DNA from: Candidatus Fervidifonticultor sextus
Lineage (GTDB): Bacteria > Sysuimicrobiota > Sysuimicrobiia > Sysuimicrobiales > Humicultoraceae
Direction: 5' to 3'
Assembly: GCA_031459875.1 (NCBI GenBank)
Contig: JAVKHQ010000008.1
Location: forward strand, 1-64,000
Length of the DNA: 64,000 nucleotides
The notes beneath the pieces are model-generated. The model had not been told where the DNA came from. It made no database searches and saw only the letters and a program-made list of their open reading frames with translations. Below, one piece after another: positions 58,825-64,000 of this stretch; the stretch's first letter is position 1, and every line of letters begins with the position of its first letter. A program made the position numbers and the translations under genes.

Positions 58825-59931
58825 CTACCCTGCCGTCCGCGCGAAGAACTCGTCCATCCTGACCTCGACCCCGTTGGCCCGGCAGCGTTCCACGAACAGC
58901 CGGTGGATCCGGGGGTCCTGGTCGGCGTACTCGATCTGGTTGCCGCCCGCCCGTGCGCTCTTGTCAATCCCCTGGTGGTCCAGGTAGCGGGTGAGCTTCC
59001 ACCTCGTGCTCCCCCAGCGGATGGCCAGGTACCGGGCCGGCGTGGGGCCGGTGTTGAAGTGCTGATGCCACCACATGCCCGGCGGAACCAGCATCGTGCC
59101 CGGCTTCCAGGGGATCTCCTCGAAGGTCTCGTGCTGGTCGGTCCACATGAGCGTGTGGCCCCGGCCGTAGAGGATCACCACATGGGCGCCGGGACCGTGG
59201 CGGTGCGCCTTCTTGTAGGTTCCCACGGGGAACTCAGAGGTGTGCGCCACCAGCATGTTGTTCGCCAGTTCGAACTTCACGTGCTTCCCGCCGGCCCCCC
59301 GCTCGGGCCACTCATAGAGGGGAAGCCGGTAGACGTCGGCGACGAAATTCGTCTCCCAGATGCGCTGCGCGCTCTGCGGACGGACGTAGAGCGGGCCCGA
59401 TCCGCTGAAGTAGTCGGCCTGGCCGTGGAAGCGGTCGGTGAAATCATACGGGCAGTTGAAGATGAACTCGAGGTTGCGCAGCAGGCTGATCATCAACGGC
59501 GCCGTCGTCACCGCCAGCAGCCGCGCCGGCTCCTGCCCCGAGCCGTTGTGCAGCCGGTGGAAGGTGTTCAACGGGATGGCAAACAGACTGCCGCGCTGCC
59601 ACTCGAAGGTCTGCCGCGCGCCGGCCTGGTTCCACACCTCCGTCGTCCCCCGGCCGCCGAGGACGAAGAAGACCTCCTCGAAGAGGTGTCGTTCCGGGGC
59701 CGTGGAGGCGGCCGGGCCCACCTCCAGGACGTAGGCGTTGTCGGTGTCCTCGGTGCCCAGCAACTGGATGTAGCTCCCGCGGGCCTCCAGCCGGGGCCAC
59801 GGCGCCACCTCGACGGTCGTCAGGTCGTCTATGGCCAGCCCGGAGACCACGGGGAGCTGTTCGCGCTCCAGAAACGCCCGGTAGCCGCTCTGGCCCCACT
59901 CCGCTGGAAGCGGAAGGGTCTCCTCCCCCAT
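58825..59931 (-). CDS. Bicupin B
   Basis: ERHLFEEVFFVLGGRG...IPLNTFHRLHN and YKKAHRHGPGAH...PPGMWWHQHFN; stop 3 nt before the EutA-like start. Confidence 0.85.
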   Translation of the reverse strand: MGEETLPLPAEWGQSGYRAFLEREQLPVVSGLAIDDLTTVEVAPWPRLEARGSYIQLLGTEDTDNAYVLEVGPAASTAPERHLFEEVFFVLGGRGTTEVWNQAGARQTFEWQRGSLFAIPLNTFHRLHNGSGQEPARLLAVTTAPLMISLLRNLEFIFNCPYDFTDRFHGQADYFSGSGPLYVRPQSAQRIWETNFVADVYRLPLYEWPERGAGGKHVKFELANNMLVAHTSEFPVGTYKKAHRHGPGAHVVILYGRGHTLMWTDQHETFEEIPWKPGTMLVPPGMWWHQHFNTGPTPARYLAIRWGSTRWKLTRYLDHQGIDKSARAGGNQIEYADQDPRIHRLFVERCRANGVEVRMDEFFARTAG

Positions 59932-60083
59932 GGCTGTCTCACCCCCCGGTTCGGCTCTCCCGCCAGCATACACAATGGCACCCTCCTCTGCCAGCCCGGG
60001 GCAGGGGCAGGCAGGAGGACAGGCCGGCGGAGGGAAATAGCGGGGAACAAACGCCGGAAACCAGAACTTGGGGGGGTTCTGTG

Positions 60084-61085
60084 ATGCGGACGGTCCTTGC
60101 CTTCCTGCTGGCGGTGCTCCTGGGGGCGACCGCGGCCCCGGCGTGGGCCCAGGCGACGTTTGCGGGCAAGACGGTCACCATCATCGTGGGCTATCCGCCG
60201 GGCGGCGGCTACGACGTGATGGCCCGCATGGTGGCCCGCCACCTGCCCCGGTTCCTGCCGGGCGGCCCCACGGTGATCGTCCAGAACATGCCCGGCGCGA
60301 ACAGCATCGTCGCTGCCAATCATGTCTTCCACGTGGCCAGGCCCGATGGATTGACGCTCGGGCTCTTCAACCGCAACCTCGTGCTGGGCCAGCTCGTCAA
60401 GGTGGAAGGGATCCGGTTCGATATGGCGCGCTTCGGCTGGGTGGGGAGCCCGGCCACCGAGACGACCATCCTGGCCATCCGGGCCGATCTCCCCTACCGG
60501 ACGCCCGCCGACCTGCGCCGCGCCGACCCGGCGGTCGTCGTGGGCGCCACCGGGCCGGGGGCCAGCACCTACGACTTCCCGTTGCTGCTCAAGGCCTTCG
60601 TTGGGATGAATCTCCGGATCATCAGCGGCTACCGTTCCTCAGGCGACATCATGCTGGCCATCGAGCGGAAGGAGGCCGATGGCCGCGCCGGGTCCTACTC
60701 GTCCATCAAGCCGTTCATCGACCGCGGCCTGGTGCGCCCCATCGTGCGGGGCCACGCCTCCGTCCCGGCGATCGAGCGGCTGCCGGTCGACGAAGATCTG
60801 AGCGAGGATCCGCGGGCGAAGGCCGTGATGCGCCTGCGCTCGGTCCCCGAGGTCGTGGGCCGGCCCTTTGTGGTGCCGCCGGCCACCCCGGCGGAGTTCG
60901 TGGACGCCTACCGGGAGGCGTTCCGGCGGATGACGGCGGATCGTGAGTTCCTGGCGGAGGCGGAGCGGGCAGGCTTCGAGATCAAGCTCACGCCGGGGGA
61001 TCAGGCGCTGCGGACCATCCGCGAGGTGCTGGGCGCGCCCCCTGACGTGATCAGGGTCTTCAGCCAGTTCTATAAGTTCGACTGA
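60084..61085 (+). CDS. Tripartite tricarboxylate transporter substrate-binding protein (TctC/Bug)
   Basis: Signal peptide, IIVGYPPGGGYD..AR, VQNMPGA, PDGLT. Confidence 0.9.
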   Translation: MRTVLAFLLAVLLGATAAPAWAQATFAGKTVTIIVGYPPGGGYDVMARMVARHLPRFLPGGPTVIVQNMPGANSIVAANHVFHVARPDGLTLGLFNRNLVLGQLVKVEGIRFDMARFGWVGSPATETTILAIRADLPYRTPADLRRADPAVVVGATGPGASTYDFPLLLKAFVGMNLRIISGYRSSGDIMLAIERKEADGRAGSYSSIKPFIDRGLVRPIVRGHASVPAIERLPVDEDLSEDPRAKAVMRLRSVPEVVGRPFVVPPATPAEFVDAYREAFRRMTADREFLAEAERAGFEIKLTPGDQALRTIREVLGAPPDVIRVFSQFYKFD

Positions 61086-61098
61086 CCCAGGCCGGGAC

Positions 61099-62607
61099 GT
61101 GCTGGTCGAGGCCTTCCTCAGGGCCTTCCTCGAGGTAATGCGGTGGGACGTCCTGAGCTTTATGCTCATCGGCGTCATCGCGGGCTTCTGGGTGGGGCTC
61201 CTGCCGGGCCTGGGCGGGGGGACCACGCTGGCCCTGATGCTGCCGTTCGTGTACCGGATGCAGCCGGTCGAAGCCTTCGCCTTTCTGCTGGGCATGCACT
61301 CGGTGGTGGCGACCACCGGTGACATCACCTCCATCCTCTTCGGGATTCCCGGCGAGGGGACCACGGCTGCCACGATTCTCGACGGCCATGCCATGGCCAA
61401 GAAGGGAGAGGCCGGCCGGGCGCTGGGGGCGGCCCTGGCCAGTTCCCTCGTCGGCGCGATCGTCGGTGCCGGGGCCCTGCTGTTGGCCATCCCCGTGGTG
61501 CGTCCGCTGGTCCTCACCTTCGGCTCGCCCGAACTGTTCATGCTGGCCGTGCTCGGCATTGCGTTCATCGCCTCGCTGAGCGGCCGCAGACCCCGGGCGA
61601 TGCTCCGCGGCTTCCTGGCCGGGGCCCTGGGTCTGCTGCTGGCTGCGGTCGGCCAGGACCCCCAGGCGGGCAACTTCCGCTACACGCTCGGCTCCCTCTA
61701 CCTCTGGGACGGACTCGATCTGGTCCCGGTTCTGGTCGGGTTCTTCGCCATCCCGGAGATCATCGATCTGGCCGTCCGCGGCACCGCCATCGCCGGCGAC
61801 ACCCCGATCGGCCGGCTGGCGGGCGTGGCCACCGGCATCCGGGACACCTTCAGGCACTTCTGGCTCACCATCCGCTGCAGCATCATCGGCACCTACATCG
61901 GCGTCATCCCCGGACTTGGCGGGGGGGTGGCCCAGTGGGTCGCCTACGCCCACGCCGTGCAGAGCGCGCGCCCGGGGGCCGATCGGGATGGGTTCGGCAA
62001 GGGGGACGTGCGGGGCGTGCTGGGGCCGGGTGCCGCCAACAACTCGAAGGAGGGAGGCGCCCTCGTCCCGACCATCGCCTTCGGCGTGCCGGGAAGCTCG
62101 GCAATGGCGATCCTGCTGGGTGCCTTTCTCCTGGTCGGCCTGACACCCGGCCCGGACATGCTGACCAAGCACCTGAACGTGACGCTGGCCATGGTCTGGA
62201 CCATCGTGCTCGCCAACGTGGTCGCGGTGGGCGGGAGTCTGGTCTTCCTCAACCACCTGGCCCGGCTCACCGCGATCCGCGGCGCGCTGCTGATTCCGTT
62301 CCTCGTGCTGCTCACCTTCGTCGGCGCCTACACGGCCAACAACAGCCCCGGCGACATGGCCGTGATGTTGCTCTTCGGCGGGCTGGGTTACCTGATGGTG
62401 CGGTTTCACTGGCCGCGGGCCCCGCTGGTGTTGGGCTTCGTCCTCGGCGAGATCGCGGAGCGCTACCTGTGGATCTCGGTGGCGCGCTACGGCGCGGCCT
62501 GGCTGGGCCGGCCCGTGGTCGTCGCGCTGCTCCTGCTGACCGTCGGCGTCATCGCATCCGCGCTGGTCCAGTACCGCCGGGTCGCGATCGGGGAGGCGCC
62601 GCCGTGA
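61099..62607 (+). CDS. Tripartite tricarboxylate transporter large permease TctA
   Basis: GLLPGLG, ILFGIPG, DGHAMAKKGEAGRAL, GVIPGLG, AANNS, AFGVPGS, PGP. Confidence 0.92.
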   Translation: MLVEAFLRAFLEVMRWDVLSFMLIGVIAGFWVGLLPGLGGGTTLALMLPFVYRMQPVEAFAFLLGMHSVVATTGDITSILFGIPGEGTTAATILDGHAMAKKGEAGRALGAALASSLVGAIVGAGALLLAIPVVRPLVLTFGSPELFMLAVLGIAFIASLSGRRPRAMLRGFLAGALGLLLAAVGQDPQAGNFRYTLGSLYLWDGLDLVPVLVGFFAIPEIIDLAVRGTAIAGDTPIGRLAGVATGIRDTFRHFWLTIRCSIIGTYIGVIPGLGGGVAQWVAYAHAVQSARPGADRDGFGKGDVRGVLGPGAANNSKEGGALVPTIAFGVPGSSAMAILLGAFLLVGLTPGPDMLTKHLNVTLAMVWTIVLANVVAVGGSLVFLNHLARLTAIRGALLIPFLVLLTFVGAYTANNSPGDMAVMLLFGGLGYLMVRFHWPRAPLVLGFVLGEIAERYLWISVARYGAAWLGRPVVVALLLLTVGVIASALVQYRRVAIGEAPP

Positions 62608-63092
62608 GGCGGCCCGGCCGGCCGGCCGGCCGCGTCGTCTTTGCCGGCGGCGTTGCCCTGCTGGCGGCGTGGGCTCTGGCGCAGACGACGGGGTGGCCCA
62701 TCAAGACGGCACTCTACCCGCGCGTCGTCGGAATTCCCCTGCTGGCGCTGGCGATCGCAGAAACGGTGCTCAGCCTGCGCGGACGCGAGGAGGAGCCCCG
62801 TGAGGCGGTTGACGTGACGCTATCCACCGAGGTCCCCCCCAGGGTCGCCGGGCGCCGGACGGCCGCCGTCATCGCCTGGATGGGAGGCTTCTACCTGGGG
62901 GTGCTCCTGCTCGGCTTTCCCCGGGCCGTCCCGCTCTTCGTCTTCGCCTACCTGCGCATTCAGGCAGGGGAGTCATGGGTCACCGCGCTGCTCCTGGCGG
63001 CGTCTGCCTGGCTGGGCTTCACCCTCCTGTTCGTCAACCTGCTGCACGTCCCGTTCGCGGATGGGATCTTCTGGAGGCTCTTCGTGCCATGA
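62604..63092 (+). CDS. Tripartite tricarboxylate transporter small permease TctB
   Basis: GTG overlapping the tctA stop; about 4 TMs, LYPR, LLGF, LF..LL.VP...G. Confidence 0.82.
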   Translation: MRRPGRPAGRVVFAGGVALLAAWALAQTTGWPIKTALYPRVVGIPLLALAIAETVLSLRGREEEPREAVDVTLSTEVPPRVAGRRTAAVIAWMGGFYLGVLLLGFPRAVPLFVFAYLRIQAGESWVTALLLAASAWLGFTLLFVNLLHVPFADGIFWRLFVP

Positions 63093-63122
63093 ACGCCCGC
63101 AGTTGGGCTCGAGGGGATGGGG

Positions 63123-64000
63123 ATGGCCAGCGCCTGGCGTGAGCCGTCCGGAGACGAGCGCGCCGGGTTCGGCCGATGGAAGCGCCCACCTTCGCCCTAC
63201 GATGTCTTTATGGAGGCCGAAGGCGTCCCGATCTACCGTGGCATCGGGGTGCGTCGGGTGCAGGACCTTCCGCTGGGCCCCTGGCGGCGGATGGGCGGGC
63301 GGGGGACGTTCATCCAGTTGTACGGGACCGAAGGCCTCTGGGGGGCCTACGTGGTCGAGATCCCTCCGGCCGGGGCGCTGGCAGTGGAGCGCCACCTCTA
63401 CGAAGAGGTCGTCTTCGTCGTGGAGGGACGGGGTGCCGCCGAGGTGTGGGCGCGAGACGGCGCCGGATCCGAGATCGTCGAGTGGCAGCCCGGGTCGCTG
63501 TTCACCATTCCGCTGAACACGTACCACCGGCTGATCAACGCCATGTCCTCCGGACCGGCGCTCCTCCTGGTGGGCACCACGGCGCCGACGGTGCTGAACC
63601 TCTTTGGGGATGCCGGGTTCGTCTTCAACTGCCCGTATAGCTTCCTCGACCGGTACGATGGGGCGGAGGGCTACTTCAAGGCCCATCTCCAGGACATCGA
63701 ACCGGACCCGCACCGGGGGCTCGCCATGGTGCGGACGAACATCGTCCCCAACGCCATCACCTGTCCGCTGCCGCTGGACAACCGCCGCTCGCCGGGCTTC
63801 CGGCGCCTGGAGCCCCACCTGGATCGAAATGTCTTCTACCTCTGGATCGGCCAGCACGAGCCGGGCCGGTATTCGAAAGCGCACGCCCACGAGTCGGCGG
63901 CGGTCCTGATCTGCCTGGCGGGCAAGGGGTACACCTACGCCTGGCCCCGCGAGGTGGGCACCCGGCCCTGGGAGAGCGGGCAGTCCCACCGGGTCGTGCG
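63123..64000 (+). CDS. Bicupin C (partial, runs off right edge; paralog of bicupin B)
   Basis: Not in the ORF track. Manual translation: SPYDVFMEAEGVPIYRG...PWRRMGGRGTFIQLYG...ERHLYEEVVFVVEGRG...IPLNTYHRLIN...YSKAHAHESAAVLICLAGKGYT. Confidence 0.85.
   Translation, partial: MASAWREPSGDERAGFGRWKRPPSPYDVFMEAEGVPIYRGIGVRRVQDLPLGPWRRMGGRGTFIQLYGTEGLWGAYVVEIPPAGALAVERHLYEEVVFVVEGRGAAEVWARDGAGSEIVEWQPGSLFTIPLNTYHRLINAMSSGPALLLVGTTAPTVLNLFGDAGFVFNCPYSFLDRYDGAEGYFKAHLQDIEPDPHRGLAMVRTNIVPNAITCPLPLDNRRSPGFRRLEPHLDRNVFYLWIGQHEPGRYSKAHAHESAAVLICLAGKGYTYAWPREVGTRPWESGQSHRVV

Noticed and set aside
37698..64000. Genomic island integrated at tRNA-Leu
   Set aside because: Content shifts from core to accessory after the tRNA, but I saw no integrase, transposase or repeat of the tRNA 3' end, and no obvious compositional shift. 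It cannot be excluded beyond the window edge.

Overview
Very GC-rich bacterial chromosomal window. Gene content (Thermus-order V/A-ATPase, DUF881/Sbp, YvlD-RapZ-YvcK) suggests a Terrabacteria lineage such as Armatimonadota-like or Chloroflexota-like; this is inference only. Bases 1-37.8 kb are mostly core energy metabolism: sdhA/frdA (partial), fumC, sdhDC, mdh, sucC/sucD, rapZ-yvcK, tryptophanase, a complex I cluster with only the membrane arm (nuoA-H-J-K-L-M-N), a complete V/A-type ATPase operon (G-I-K-E-C-F-A-B-D), gap-pgk-tpiA, secG and tRNA-Leu(GAG). Between tpiA and secG lies a four-gene cassette: circularly permuted ATP-grasp, YbdK-type ligase, Crp/Fnr regulator, and a 58-aa exported peptide with a repeated EGPREEIR motif behind CRP-like boxes. 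After the tRNA comes an accessory region for copper proteins and aromatic-acid catabolism: two-domain cupredoxin + SCO, two Rieske dioxygenase alpha/beta pairs without reductase or ferredoxin, a dihydroxyphthalate-decarboxylase-like protein, an ABC transporter broken by an apparent deletion, Zn-ADH, MFS, ThDP enzyme, flavin amine oxidase, TTT transporter, and three bicupins around an orphan EutA-like ATPase with no EutBC. The best candidates for undescribed biology are the EutA-like/bicupin module, the CRP-controlled repeat peptide cassette, and the membrane-arm-only complex I whose NuoL carries a 26-aa lateral-helix duplication despite a single nuoM. All family assignments come from motif recognition by eye; no database searches were run.
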